A stretch of DNA of 63,336 bases, the filler included, from Octopus bimaculoides (Eukaryota), in the NCBI RefSeq assembly GCF_001194135.2. It is 7 parts of 7 records of this genome, joined end to end, with 100 filler letters (N's around TTAATTAATTAA, not from the genome) between each part and the next. Parts side by side here need not be neighbours in the genome. Positions count along the whole stretch, not along the records: positions 28,924 to 52,042 come from NC_068991.1; positions 52,143 to 53,715 come from NW_026387853.1; positions 53,816 to 57,654 come from NC_068987.1; positions 57,755 to 59,665 come from NW_026348676.1; positions 59,766 to 61,891 come from NW_026426672.1; 2 more parts are not named here. One strand, 5' to 3'. The first letter of the stretch is position 1; the number at the start of each line of letters is the position of its first letter. The notes beneath the pieces were generated by a model. It made no database searches. It was not told the origin of the DNA and was given only the letters and a program-made list of their open reading frames with translations. A program made the translations under genes and the position numbers. This document shows, piece by piece, positions 48,132-61,356 of this stretch.

Positions 48132-48458
48132 TAAGGACCTGGTAATTGAAACACAAAAGATGTTGCATCTTAACACAAGACCTGTTCTTGCCCTAGGTAT
48201 GATAAAAAAGGGATGTCAGAAACATCTAGATAGGATCCCAGGAGAACCATGTCTCAGAGAAATCCAAAAAATTGTGCTGCATACATCCTTAGAAAAACCG
48301 TATCGATTTAAATGTTTATGCTGTATTACATGAAAGTATTTCGCTACTGCCCCTCCCCAAACTTTCAGTCACACTGTAACATCTCTTATCCTTCACTCGC
48401 CCTAGGATGCTGGGTGTGTCTCGGCAAGTGACTGTAACAAACATGAAAAGTAAAAGTA
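48130..48458 (+). mobile_element. Short 3' fragment of an R4/Dong-like element inside (TAA)n
   Basis: YKDLVIETQKMLHLNT...LGMIKKGCQKHLDRIPGEPCLREIQKIVL..ILRKTVSI* (REL C-terminus) plus 3' UTR, with (TAA)n on both sides. Confidence 0.75.
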
Positions 48459-48629
48459 AATAATAATAATAATAATAATAATGATGATAGTAATAACAAG
48501 AGCACTCAGAGAGCGCAAACCTCTGCCAAAGCAACACCAACATCCTCTCAATGATTAGCCAGAGATGGTTTTTAAAATGAGAATATCTGAAATAAACTGG
48601 ACTACTCTCACAAACGAAAATACTAATAA

Positions 48630-49030
48630 TAATAATCCTTTCTGCTATAGAAACAAGGCCTGAAATTTTGGGGGAGGGACTAATCAATTACATCGACCCC
48701 AGTGCTCAACTGGTACTTATTTTATTAACCCCAGAAAGATAAAAGGCAGTCAACCCCACCAGAATTTGAACCCAGAATGTAAAGACAGACGAAATACCGA
48801 AACGTATTTCACCTGGTGTGCTAAGAATTGACAGTTCACTGCCTTAATAATAAAAATAATAATTTCAAATTTTGGCATAAGGCCAGCAATTTTGGGCAGG
48901 TGGTACGTTGATCACATTGACCTCAAAAGAATGAAAGGTAAAGTCGACCTCAGCAGAATTTGAACTCAGAATGTAAAGATGGACAAAATGCCGCTAAGCA
49001 TTTTGCCCAGCATGGCTGGAACAAGGCCAC
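48630..49030 (-). mobile_element. SINE family A, two copies
   Basis: Family A consensus in reverse complement. Confidence 0.75.
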
Positions 49031-49497
49031 AAATTTCTTTTAGAATTACAAAAATAGATCCATTTTTCATCCCCAGTTACAATTCAATGCCAAAAACAAG
49101 AATCTCAAAGATTTGCCAGCAGTTGTTTCCAAATGTCCACATGTCGTTCAGCCTAGCCATTGGTCAGTTTATGAGAAGCTTCTTGTCAGCATCTGTTCAC
49201 AAGGCTGAACTTATAGAGGGGTCAATTAACGGTGTTTTGTGAAGGACCAGGTTCTGCTGACAAAGTATGAGTACATGTGCTTGGTTGCTGTTCAATCACT
49301 TCAAGCAAGGCCTCATCTTCCATTCCGAGAGTGTAGTGGGTGCTTTTTACATGCCACCGGCATGAGGCCCAGTCCGGCGGTACTGGCAACGGCCACGCTC
49401 AAATGGTGTTTTTTTACGCGCCACCTGCATAGGAGTCAGTCCAATGTTTTGTTCACATGCCACAGGCACAAATGCATATATATATATATATATATAC

Positions 49498-49860
49498 ACT
49501 CTTTTACTTGTTTCAGTCAACTGGCTGCCATGCTGGAGCACCAACTTTAGTCGAACAAACTGACCCCAGGACTTATTGTTTGTAAGCCTAGTACTTATTT
49601 TATCAGTCTCGTTTGCCGAACCATTAAGTTATGGGAACAAACTCACACACACACACACGAACACACATGCGCGCACAAACACACACACATACGCACACAC
49701 ACACAAACACGACAGGCTTCTTTCAGTTTCTGTCTACCAAATCCACTCACAAGGCTTTGGTCGGTCTGAGGCTTTAGAAGAAGACATTTGCCCAAGATAC
49801 CACACAGTTGGACTGAACCTGGAACCATGTGGTTGGGAAGCAGAATTCTTACCACACAGT
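49498..49860 (-). mobile_element. SINE family B
   Basis: Reverse-complement copy. Confidence 0.8.
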
Positions 49861-49894
49861 TTGTTTCTATGTAAAATAATAAAAACAACTTAAA

Positions 49895-50089
49895 ATTAAA
49901 CTAAAAGATTGCTTAATATTTTTTGTAGAATACACATTTATTATACTTTTACAAGAATAGAGTTGACAGTGACTTCGAAGTTTCAGCCTTCACCAGATTG
50001 TTCTTCAAAGTCACTTGTCAACACTATTCTTGTAAAAGTATAATAAATGTGTATTCTACAAAAAATATTAAGCAATCTTTTGGTTTAAT
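49895..50089. repeat. Near-perfect inverted repeat / hairpin element
   Basis: About 86-bp arms (49895-49980 and 50003-50089) with a 22-nt loop. Confidence 0.85.
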
Positions 50090-50099
50090 GATAAGTTTA

Positions 50100-50280
50100 A
50101 TAAAGCAGTTGTTTACTATCAACTTAATGTGACAGACCTGTCTCCCCTTCACAAATATAAGGACACAGGAAATGTGTCAAGGCCAACAGGAAGCAGTCCA
50201 GCTTCCTAGGGCTAAATAGCAGCAGTATAATTCCCTTAATGGGTCTGTCACATTACGTTGACAGTAAACAACTGCTTTAT
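50100..50280. mobile_element. MITE with about 40-bp TIRs
   Basis: ATAAAGCAGTTGTTTACTATCAACTTAATGTGACAGACC / GGTCTGTCACATTACGTTGACAGTAAACAACTGCTTTAT. Confidence 0.75.
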
Positions 50281-50707
50281 CGTATCACTACTGCTTATGT
50301 CTTTCTGTGAGATTTATAATTAGATCATTTCTAATTTTGATAAGTTTAATGCTAAGAATAAAACATACGCACACACATATACATACATACATGCATATAG
50401 ACACACACATATATTTATATACACACACACATACTAACATATAGACATACATATATACATACACACACACACACATACATACATATGTATAAGACAAATG
50501 CATGTATTTATATGTTCTTCATAAATGAAAAAAAATCAACAACAAAAAAAAAATACAAGAAGAGAAAACTCACAAGCATTGGGAAATTCTATAGAACTTG
50601 ACAAATAAACAGCTCCAGGTCCTGGTATATGTGTAGCAATTACAGCAGAAACCAGTCTGAAAATTAGCAATGGTATTTATATTACAATATATTATTATTT
50701 TTTTTTT

Positions 50708-51010
50708 TCGCCCTTTCAAAGCCTAACCAGGCTCATGGGCCCGGCTCCCCGGTTTCTATGGCATATGTGTTCCCCCCCAGCTGGACGGGATGCCAGTCCA
50801 TCGCAGCGTTACTCAAGAAACAGGAAGAAAGAGTGAGAGAAAGTTGGGGCGAAAGAGTACAACAGGGGTCGCCACCACCCTCTGCCGGAGCCTCGTGGAA
50901 CTTTAGGTGTTTTCGCTCAATAAACACTCACAACACCCGGTCTGGGAATCAAAACTGTGATCCTCCGACTGTGAGTCCCCTGCCCTAACCACTGGGCCAT
51001 TGCACCTCCA
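50708..51010 (-). mobile_element. tRNA-derived SINE family D, full copy
   Basis: Head GGAGGTGCAATGGCCCAGTGGTTAGGGCAG, body AAAACACCTAAAGTTCCACGAGGCTCCGGC, tail GCTGCGATGGACTGGC.TCCCGTCCAGCTGGGGG. Confidence 0.85.
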
Positions 51011-52739
51011 CCAATATATTATTTACCCTGTAACTATTGTTTACAAACCAAAGATCATAACACAATATTTAATTTATTTACTCTATAAACTTGATAAGCC
51101 TTGTGTACCAAATGTAAAACAATGAATATAGTAAGTAACAGCAATGGTTTATGAGTAGGACAAGTAACAGCCTTAATCAATGTCTTATCTGTAGCAAGTA
51201 ACAACCTTAGTCTTAATCAATAGCTTAGTAATAGTCATAGTCTTAAGAGACTGTGACCAAGGAAAAGTTAACTCGCCATCAGTTCACAAGTATCAATGCA
51301 GACAGTGATTACCTCTGGTTTCTAAAGCAGTATATGGATGAGCGGCTAATCTCCCCATGGATAGGTTGCTAGCCTATTCAAGATTAGTTTTTATCTCGCC
51401 TTCATTGTTGTTTTTTTCCTTATTTGACTTATATGTCTGCCTTCTGTCCCTTTTTTTCTGTCTTTGTGGTAATGTACCTGAGAACTTTATATTATTATTA
51501 TTACTTACTCAGATCATTTATGTTCATCGTATGAATCTAACAAGCCAAAATACAATTATACCAGTTATATTATTTCTAAGTAACAAACGTAGCCTAAACA
51601 AATTATACAAGGAAGCCTCTAAGTGGTCATTTGAACTACTAGAAATAGTAACTAAATTTCCTTCACTCAGCAACAAATTGAACTGTGCTAGGAAGTGGTG
51701 TCAAACCAGGCAAATGAATTAAGTCTACCATCAATGGGATCAGAATGTAAAGAGCTGGAACAAATATCACAAGGATCTTCTCTAATGCTCCCAGTATTCA
51801 GCTACTCCATTGCCCTGGACTGGTACGTTATTTTATCCGCTCCCGACACGGTGAAAGGTAAATTTGACCTCGGCACGATTTGAACTCAGAGCACAGGAAC
51901 TGGAGTAAAACTTCAGAATATTTTGTCCCATGCTCTAACGACTCTGCCATTTCGTTTGGTTATTATATAGATCCACACCCGGTGGAAAAATTGAAAAAAA
52001 AATAGTGTAGTAGTTGAAGTGCACCGTATATTGAACAAATATNNNNNNNNNNNNNNNNNNNNNNNNNNNNNNNNNNNNNNNNNNNNTTAATTAATTAANN
52101 NNNNNNNNNNNNNNNNNNNNNNNNNNNNNNNNNNNNNNNNNNATAAATAACAACCAAAAAGACTTAAGAAGAATACTTGAAGACATTCCACCCAAAACTC
52201 CAAACAGAATATACATACATCAGAGAAGAATTACAGGTGGAGTTTTCACTAATTCTATGGACACATAGCAACTGTTGCTAGGCTCAACATATGATTGTCT
52301 CTGACAATGACAATGGCAAACTTATAAACAACATTTATTTTACTTATTTATTTATTGGTTGTATTTGTTTGTTTTTTATTTGTTTTGCTTTGTTTTTGAT
52401 GGGTATGATAAATCANNNNNNNNNNGTTTGTTTTTTATTTGTTTTGCTTTGTTTTTGATGGGTATGATAAATCAGAGAACAGAAAACACATCTCTTGTGA
52501 TCCGTTTTATTTGGGGGTGGGGGTCTTTGAAATTGCTGATTGAGGAAGTAAAAAAGCTGACAAAGTTATAGCCCTGCCTACACCTGAGACTCACCATAGC
52601 CCATGCCTCAATCCATGTTCACCTTTCCCTTCTCTCATTTCCTCATCCCTAACATTTGCGAAACTGTCAACCCAACCAGTAAAACCTTAATTCTTTGTCC
52701 CTATTCTTTCTCTGTCCACCTTCCTGTACCTTGAAGATA

Positions 52740-52940
52740 CAAGGGTGTGCTGAAAAGTTCCTGGCTTTATGGGTATCACAAAAGGCTTGATTAGAAGTCC
52801 AACCTTCCTTAGAAAAACTGAAGGACCACTGCAATAAGTGTGTGAATTTGAAAAGGGAATATGCTGGATAAAATCATAATTAACTGATCCTCCTGTATTT
52901 CCTTTTACCAAAAGCCAGGAACTTTTCAGCACCCCCCTGA
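52740..52940 (+). mobile_element. Mariner-derived MITE
   Basis: About 29-bp TIRs (CAAGGGTGTGCTGAAAAGTTCCTGGCTTT / AAAGCCAGGAACTTTTCAGCACCCCCCTGA) flanked by TA. The interior keeps the transposase C-terminus LEKLKDHCNKCVNLKREY. Confidence 0.8.
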
Positions 52941-53378
52941 TATGCTCTCATATTTCTTGTCCACTATCTTTTCTTCCTTCGCTGTTATGGTAACCCTGTA
53001 TCTCCTCTACAACAAGACACCTGTTACTGTTTCTTTTTAATCCTTCAATTGCACAACATCTTGCACAAAGCAACTTCCCTCAATACTATAACTCCATTTT
53101 GTCAAGAGATATTATTTTGCAAGTTNNNNNNNNNNCCCTCAATACTATAACTCCATTTTGTCAAGAGATATTATTTTGCAAGTTACACTGGCAACCCCAG
53201 TGGTGCTGGTGCCATGTAAAATCTATCCAGGACACTTTATAGATGTTGGCATTTGGAAAGGCATCCAGTCATTGAAAACTTGTCAAAATAGACATCAGAG
53301 ACCAACACAATGCTCTCATCAATTAGATGATAATCACACAAGAGCCTCCATTGTACAGACTCAAGAGACAATGTCTCA

Positions 53379-53585
53379 TTTCAGTTAAAACGACTTCAAT
53401 TTCCAGTGAATCTTAGTTTTGCCCTGGCCATTAACAAAACACAAGGACAAACATTTTTGATTGCTGGTTTACTCCTTGAAGAGCCCTGCTTCACCCATGG
53501 TCAGCTTTATGTTGGATGCTTAAGAGTAGGAAGTAAGAAAAATCTTTACATCTATACACCACATGGGACAAATAAAAAACATCAT
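53379..53585 (+). mobile_element. Helitron RepHel PIF1-like helicase C-terminal fragment
   Basis: FQLKRLQFPVNLSFALAINKTQGQT..EPCFTHGQLYVGCLRVGS: helicase motifs V and VI as in Helitrons. Confidence 0.85.
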
Positions 53586-53815
53586 TTATTGAGACATTAT
53601 AAATTGTCCCAAATAATGCAGAAATCCATCCTGATCAAGAGGAAGACATGGTTAGATATGAAACACAAATAATTGAAATAAAGGAATTCTATTGCAAAAA
53701 TTGTCTGGCAAAGATNNNNNNNNNNNNNNNNNNNNNNNNNNNNNNNNNNNNNNNNNNNNTTAATTAATTAANNNNNNNNNNNNNNNNNNNNNNNNNNNNN
53801 NNNNNNNNNNNNNNN

Positions 53816-53861
<46 letters not shown>

Positions 53862-53929
53862 ATATAATAAGTAGAAATTTTAAAATGACTCAAGGGCCGA
53901 GAATGGGTCACTCTGATGAATACAATGCG

Positions 53930-54400
53930 CAAAATTCTCGCCTCTTGAGTCCCCTACAGCCAAACTCGACTGCGAAAATCCTTGTATGCCATTCCACCTC
54001 CCTGCAATCAGAAACTCTTGTACTTGCCATGCTTCCATTCCAAGGCCTTCTTCCAACGGAACTGTAACCTCGATCAAGATTATTTTCCTTGCCTTTCCAG
54101 GCCACAAAACAACATCTGACTTCAGGTTTGCATGGGTGACCTAGAGAAACTGCAGTCTTTTCCTCACGTTCTCTTTCATATCTCATGATTGGGCCCTCTA
54201 ATTAGACTATTTTGTCCTTTTTTCATCTTGTTCTCATTAAATTTTCATCCTTCACGCACTTGATTGCTGCTGCTGCTTTCTCTGCTGATGGTGTTTCTTG
54301 TGCCTCTCTTGTTCCAAGGTCTGAGTGAATGTTACAAGCACCTTGTCATGATTTCACTTGTCTTTCCCTCGAGTAAATGCCAGGGTTCCCCCTTCTTCAC
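53930..54400 (-). mobile_element. Hero/NeSL-like non-LTR retrotransposon REL endonuclease remnant
   Basis: Broken minus frames: HDKVLVTFTQTLEQER..AAAIKCVKD, SDVVLWPGKARKIILIEVTVPLEEG and DCREVEWHTRIFAVEFGCRG, matching the RHD, PD..IELTVPWEE and VEVGCRG motifs. Confidence 0.75.
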
Positions 54401-55174
54401 AAAGTATACAAAACTAGTCCTCTCTCAAACCCCATCTGAACAGACTTATTGGTGATGGAAGTGTGCCGTACACCGCCGAAAAGCACGAATGAAATGTTCA
54501 TATACATGCACATACACATGCGTATATACGTATGCATGTACATACATATACGTATATCAATATTTGTATGACCAACACGCGTTTTTCTTCCTCTTGTCAC
54601 ACCAACAAAATCTCGTCTCTTGATGGGTTTCCACCACACCTACAACTGTTGCTGCTGCCGCCACCACCACGACTACTACCAAATAAAATAAAGTATTATA
54701 TTGTCACGTGATATTATATGTAACATGATATAGCATCAGTGTGTTGTGCTGTATGGAATTGCAAAAGACACATACACACACACACACATACGTATGTCAT
54801 GCATCAAAAAACTTTTGAAAAATTATACGAAAATTGACATAAAATGTAGGAATGTATAAAATGTCCATATAAGAATATGTATATATATATCAATATATAG
54901 AGATGGTGGGCGGGAAAATAAAATGATATTGCAAAAACTGCATTAAATTACATAAACTATCAGTTATATAAAATTATTGAAATATATAAAAGTTTAAGGC
55001 AAAAATATATTGATATATAAGCTCGTACATCTTTGTAATAACAGGCGCATGCTTACACTCATTTGCATATCTACATACATTTACAAATATACATATACAA
55101 TTTGATAAAACTAATAAAATTAATAGAAATATTAAAAATTAATAATTCATAAATCTGATATAGAATAAATAGTA

Positions 55175-55760
55175 ATAAGTAGTTTCGAATTTCATGGTCT
55201 CTTGCCGGCTTTGTATGGTCGGAGACCAAAATCAGATGATGTATTTGCTAGTGAGTGGGCAGCAGACAAAGGTTTCGCATTTAGCATTTAAAGAGATTAT
55301 AGGGTATTCTCTGAGGAGTTCATAATAAGCCCCCCTTTTGCTCTCCAGAATACACATCTTCTGTCGTCGGTGTAGATTGTATATTTTCAAAATCTTCCAG
55401 TTGACGGAGTGGTTAATGGACCGCTCTTTCAATATCAAATGTAATTGTACAGCTTTCGGTATTACCTTGTTCCAGTTTTTAATGGAGAAGGTATGGTCTT
55501 GCATAACGCTTTAAAATTACCTACCGTAAGCCCTACATCTCTCTCGATGCATGTGGTGCTGTCCGCAATTTCTGATCAGACTGATGCTTCGTATATTATA
55601 GCCTCGGTATTAGAGACACCAACCAATAGGAACAGTTCTCTACTTTCTAGAAAACCAACCAGCTATTCTAGGTAGATATATTTGTGTGAAACTATGCTTT
55701 TGAATTTGGGGCTAGAAAAAAATTATGTCCAATTGCATGAATTTTGAGGTCGAACTCTCG
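55175..55760 (-). mobile_element. Penelope-like element remnant (GIY-YIG endonuclease domain and start of terminal repeat)
   Basis: Minus frames TEAIIYEASV*...ERDVGLTVGNFKA (GIY and decayed YIG motifs), then HTFSIKNWNK..LKERSINHSVNWKILK..CILESKR..SLNAKCETFVCC, matching the PLE C-terminal WKIL / CxLCxxEK / LNxxxE..C pattern. Confidence 0.72.
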
Positions 55761-56344
55761 AGGGTTTCACTTCACTTAGATATTGAATCATGTAAACATT
55801 ATATAATCAAACCTATTGCTATTGTATCATATATTGACTTATCATTATGCCTATCTAGTATTAAAGTATAGAGGCTGTAATCCATTGCTATTTTTTATAA
55901 GAAAGTCGAACATTTGCATAACTCTTTTGTATACCCCAAACTTATCTGTGTGCAACAAGCATTTTTTTTTTTTTGGTATTTACTTCACACATCAATTGAT
56001 AAAATGTAATACAGGCGTTGATTACCGATCGACAATAAGATAACTTCACACTTATGCCTTGCTGGGAAGTTTCGAGTACCGTATGTGGTTCTTCCATGTT
56101 TGAGTAATATATCAAATGTATTCTTCTATTTGAACAATATTGAGGTCTACATCATTTGTTGTTACATATATGGTTCATAATTACATGCAGGAGTCTTCAG
56201 CCATCGGGTTCTAGATCAGTGCCGAGTCGTGAAACATTTGATCGAACAACAAAAAGTAAGAATAAGTTTTAATTCTATTTAATTGAATATTGCATTCTTC
56301 GGAGTTTTTTTTTTTTTTTGCATTATATAATAGATAAGTATTAT

Positions 56345-56830
56345 AAGGCGGCGAACTGGCAGATACGGAGTCGATAAATTTAGTACCAGTGAAATGCTGG
56401 GGTCGATGTAGTCGACTAGTTCCCTCCCCCAAAATTTCAGGCCTTGTGCCTATAGTAGAAAGGATTATTATTATTTGAAGGCGACGATCTGGCAGAAACG
56501 TTAGCACGCCGGGCGAAGTGCTTAGCAGTATTTCGTCTGTCTTTACGTTCTGAGTTCAAATTCCGCCGAGGTCGACTTTGCTTTTCATCCTTTCGGGGTT
56601 GATAAATTAAGCACCAGTTGCGTGCTGGGATCGATCTAATCGACTTTCCCCCAACCTCCAAATTTCGGGCCTTGTGCCTACAGAAGAAAAGATATTTCGT
56701 CTGTCTTAACATTCTGAGTTCAAATTCCGCTGAGGTCGAGTTGCTTTTCATCTTTTCAGGGTCGATAAATTAAGTATCAGTTGCGTACTGGGGTCGATCT
56801 AATCGACTGGCCTTGTGCCTAGAGTAGAAA
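56345..56830 (+). mobile_element. SINE family A, tandem array of about three units
   Basis: Repeated head, body and tail (CAGGCCTTGTGCCTATAGTAGAAAGG). Confidence 0.8.
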
Positions 56831-57066
56831 AGAATATATAAGTATTAAATATGTAATGATTAAATTTTATAATACGCACTTTATTGTGCTTTGTTCTACG
56901 CTTGGTCATGCGGACCCATAGTACAAAACCGTTTCGGGACCGCTAATAACATGCATACATTACATGACTAGATAGATAGATAGATAGATAGATGGGTGGA
57001 TGGATGGATGGATAGATAGATAGATAGATAGATAGATAAGGCTACAGTCTTTCACACATGTGTCTA

Positions 57067-57116
<50 letters not shown>

Positions 57117-59767
57117 GCAACTTTCTTCTTAAGTTTACCTGAGATAGATAGATAGATAAAGAGAGAGAGAGGAAGTATGTATGTATATAAACTGAGAAAT
57201 AAAGAGGGAAAGAGAGAGACTGATAAAAGGACAAATAGATAAATTGAAAGATAAATAGATAGGTAAACAGGTTGATAGATGAATGATATATATCTATATA
57301 TATATATATATATATAGATAGATAGATGCATATGAACAGGAAGTAATTCATGTGGTCACGTATATTTATTAGCAAACAGCTATAAATAGCCTTACATACG
57401 TACATCCAGGGTGTATAAGTGTCTATATCACTTTACATGTATGTGTGCATACGTGCACTCGCACACACATATATGCGCCCACACACATATGCGCCCACAC
57501 ACACAAATATATATGCGCCCACATACGCATATATATTTATATGTATTCACTGTTGTATGTCTATATATATATGTGTGTGTGTGTATGTACATACATATAT
57601 ACATACATACATATATACATACATATATATACATATACATATATATATATATATNNNNNNNNNNNNNNNNNNNNNNNNNNNNNNNNNNNNNNNNNNNNTT
57701 AATTAATTAANNNNNNNNNNNNNNNNNNNNNNNNNNNNNNNNNNNNNNNNNNNNGGTTGTCAAGCGATGTTGGGGGGACAAACACAGACACACAAACATA
57801 CGCATGCACATACATATACAATTAATTGGAATGTATTTATTTTACCTACTAGTAACTACTTCATTAATCACGAATAGTTGGAAATTGAGGTTAACCCTGG
57901 CAAGAGTTAAACTCAAAAATCTTTTTAATACTCCCCTAGACATGGCAAGAGGACACATCTTACCCAAACAGACCGTGTTTACCATTATTTCTATGGCTGA
58001 ATTCTCTTAACATCCTCACATAAGAGAATATGGCGGTGTGTTGTCATGGCACCAACATTGGAGAGGTTGCCAGATTCGTTGCAGGACTAAAGCACATTTT
58101 CTACATTCGCAACACCTGTTCAAGGCAATCTTGTGGGTAAAGATGAATGGAAGAGAAACTTACAATAATTATAATTACTACTCCTACTATTACTGGTGAT
58201 GATGATGATGATGACGATGATGATGATGCTACTAATGGTGACTGCCAGCAACAATAGTAGCTGTGGTGGCGGTGGTAGTGGGCACAATCAACACTATTTT
58301 AAATAATTAGGAACTCCATACAATGATAACTGTTGAACCACTGACAACTGTAAGCTACTACTACCACTGTAATAATAATAATAATTGTTAGCATATATTT
58401 ATCAGCATGTTTCAACTCAGTGGACGTAACCCTGTTGTTCCCGAACTGTTTAAAACCAGNNNNNNNNNNNNNNNNNNNNNNNNNNNNNNNNNNNNNNNNN
58501 NNNNNNNNNNNNNNNNNNNNNNNNNNNNNNNNNNNNNNNNNNNNNNNNNNNNNNNNNNNNNNNNNNNNNNNNNNNNNNNNNNNNNNNNNNNNNNNNNNNN
58601 NNNNNNNNNNNNNNNNNNNNNNNNNNNNNNNNNNNNNNNNNNNNNNNNNNNNNNNNNNNNNNNNNNNNNNNNNNNNNNNNNNNNNNNNNNNNNNNNNNNN
58701 NNNNNNNNNNNNNNNNNNNNNNNNNNNNNNNNNNNNNNNNNNNNNNNNNNNNNNNNNNNNNNNNNNNNNNNNNNNNNNNNNNNNNNNNNNNNNNNNNNNN
58801 NNNNNNNNNNNNNNNNNNNNNNNNNNNNNNNNNNNNNNNNNNNNNNNNNNNNNNNNNNNNNNNNNNNNNNNNNNNNNNNNNNNNNNNNNNNNNNNNNNNN
58901 NNNNNNNNNNNNNNNNNNNNNNNNNNNNNNNNNNNNNNNNNNNNNNNNNNNNNNNNNNNNNNNNNNNNNNNNNNNNNNNNNNNNNNNNNNNNNNNNNNNN
59001 NNNNNNNNNNNNNNNNNNNNNNNNNNNNNNNNNNNNNNNNNNNNNNNNNNNNNNNNNNNNNNNNNNNNNNNNNNNNNNNNNNNNNNNNNNNNNNNNNNNN
59101 NNNNNNNNNNNNNNNNNNNNNNNNNNNNNNNNNNNNNNNNNNNNNNNNNNNNNNNNNNNNNNNNNNNNNNNNNNNNNNNNNNNNNNNNNNNNNNNNNNNN
59201 NNNNNNNNNNNNNNNNNNNNNNNNNNNNNNNNNNNNNNNNNNNNNNNNNNNNNNNNNNNNNNNNNNNNNNNNNNNNNNNNNNNNNNNNNNNNNNNNNNNN
59301 NNNNNNNNNNNNNNNNNNNNNNNNNNNNNNNNNNNNNNNNNNNNNNNNNNNNNNNNNNCTTTCTGTTTTATGTATGAAACAAGCGAAATTGTGATTCAGC
59401 AAATAAAAACAAAAATTGAAATTCTGAATTTTAATGATTTAATTTCTCCCTCCCTAATATCCGTAATTTTTTTTTCTTTTTGAAATATTTTCGAAGGCTT
59501 TCCCAGATTCACTCAATCAAACATTGTTAGACATCAAAGATTACGATCCTTCGAACAAAAAATTTGTTGAAACATTCGCTACACAAAACTTGCCTCTCTA
59601 CTCTCACCTTCCTTATTGATGAGAGATTGACCAGAGTGGAAAGTGTTTGTCTCTAATCCTTTCAGNNNNNNNNNNNNNNNNNNNNNNNNNNNNNNNNNNN
59701 NNNNNNNNNTTAATTAATTAANNNNNNNNNNNNNNNNNNNNNNNNNNNNNNNNNNNNNNNNNNNNTA

Positions 59768-59801
<34 letters not shown>

Positions 59802-60629
59802 CATGTATGCATGTTTGTAGAATAAGCAGAAGTACATGAAATAACATTACTACATTTAATGAAATATAATGAAGTGCAATCATATTTAAGACTTGAGTAC
59901 ACCCGTACCGTAGGACGCTACATATTCTACGTGTAGTAGCAATAATCTATGAAAAATATGTCCTCGTAGACGCTATCTGTTTAAACACATCATTGGTCTA
60001 CGAATGACATCATCGTATTCTACGAGGCACGTTCTTTTTTCTGCTCTATTCCGCTTTGTCGGTCGTAGGCAATGAATCAGTCGTTTAAAGTATTCTCAGG
60101 TGGCTCGTAGTTATAAAATGCAGCGAATCGTCCGTTTGATGAAGAAGGTTAACGACACATAAATATGTACTGCTTTTTCGATTACCATAGCGAAACGCCC
60201 TTCACTGTCCGGGTGTTTACTAACGTGTCATTGTAAACGCACGCACGTAGGTAGACTGTAATATTCCTTTCCTCCTTTCAAACATGTGGATGGAAACATA
60301 TGCAACCATCTCAAGTGATTCAGCAGCATTTCTCCATGAAATACGATGCTCAGTTGTTGATCACGACCGAACGAGAAATTGTATTCAAGTCATATTTTGC
60401 GTAATGCTCAGCAATCTCTGCTCTGACGGTTGTCCTGTCATTTGGGACTTCACTGGCAATATGTACGTTACTTACAAATTTCCAAACAGTCTTCATATTG
60501 GGACATGAGCAGAAAGGTATATATTATGCATGACTATACACAGAGGGAAATGCAGAGAGCGAGAAATAAAGATGAGAGACATGACGGTGAGTATATCACT
60601 GTCCTACAGTCAGTTTGTCGGCCTCATCA

Positions 60630-60674
<45 letters not shown>

Positions 60675-61046
60675 NNNNNNNNNNNNNNNNNNNNNNNNNN
60701 NNNNNNNNNNNNNNTCCTCTTCTTTTCTCTAACTTCCTCTCCGCTGTGTGCCTGTGTTGGTCTATTGGAGATGCGTGTATGTGTATATGTTCTGACTATT
60801 TAATTCGTTAATCAGCTAATGCTTGTCAATATTTACAAACTGATATATTTTACCAAATGCAATTAGTCAAAATGAAGTTAAGGCAGAGCTTTTGCTTCTC
60901 GAAATAGTATCGTTAATAGTTCACCAATGAAAAATGGTGGAGCGTCAGCAAAATACGCGTGTACACAGTTGCCGGAGCAATAACTCAATACAAGCATCAG
61001 TGGTGGTGGTATTGTTGTTGTTGGTGGTGGTGGTGATGGTGGTGGC

Positions 61047-61077
<31 letters not shown>

Positions 61078-61089
61078 GTNNNNNNNNNN

Positions 61090-61122
<33 letters not shown>

Positions 61123-61324
61123 GGGCAGTGGCAGCAGCAGCAGCAACAACACCACCACCGCCACCAGCAGTAGCAGTAAAGCAGCAGCAGTAGATGAGGA
61201 GGTACGACAATGCGAGAAAAGAAGAAGAAGAAGAAGAAGAAGNNNNNNNNNNNNNNNNNNNNNNNNNNNNNNNNNNNNNNNNNNNNNNNNNNNNNNNNNN
61301 NNNNNNNNNNNNNNNNNNNAGAAG

Positions 61325-61356
<32 letters not shown>

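Noticed and set aside
52355-52455. Direct repeats on either side of 10-N gaps (also 53078-53185)
   Set aside because: Identical sequence around a minimal gap indicates unmerged contig overlap, not a real tandem duplication.
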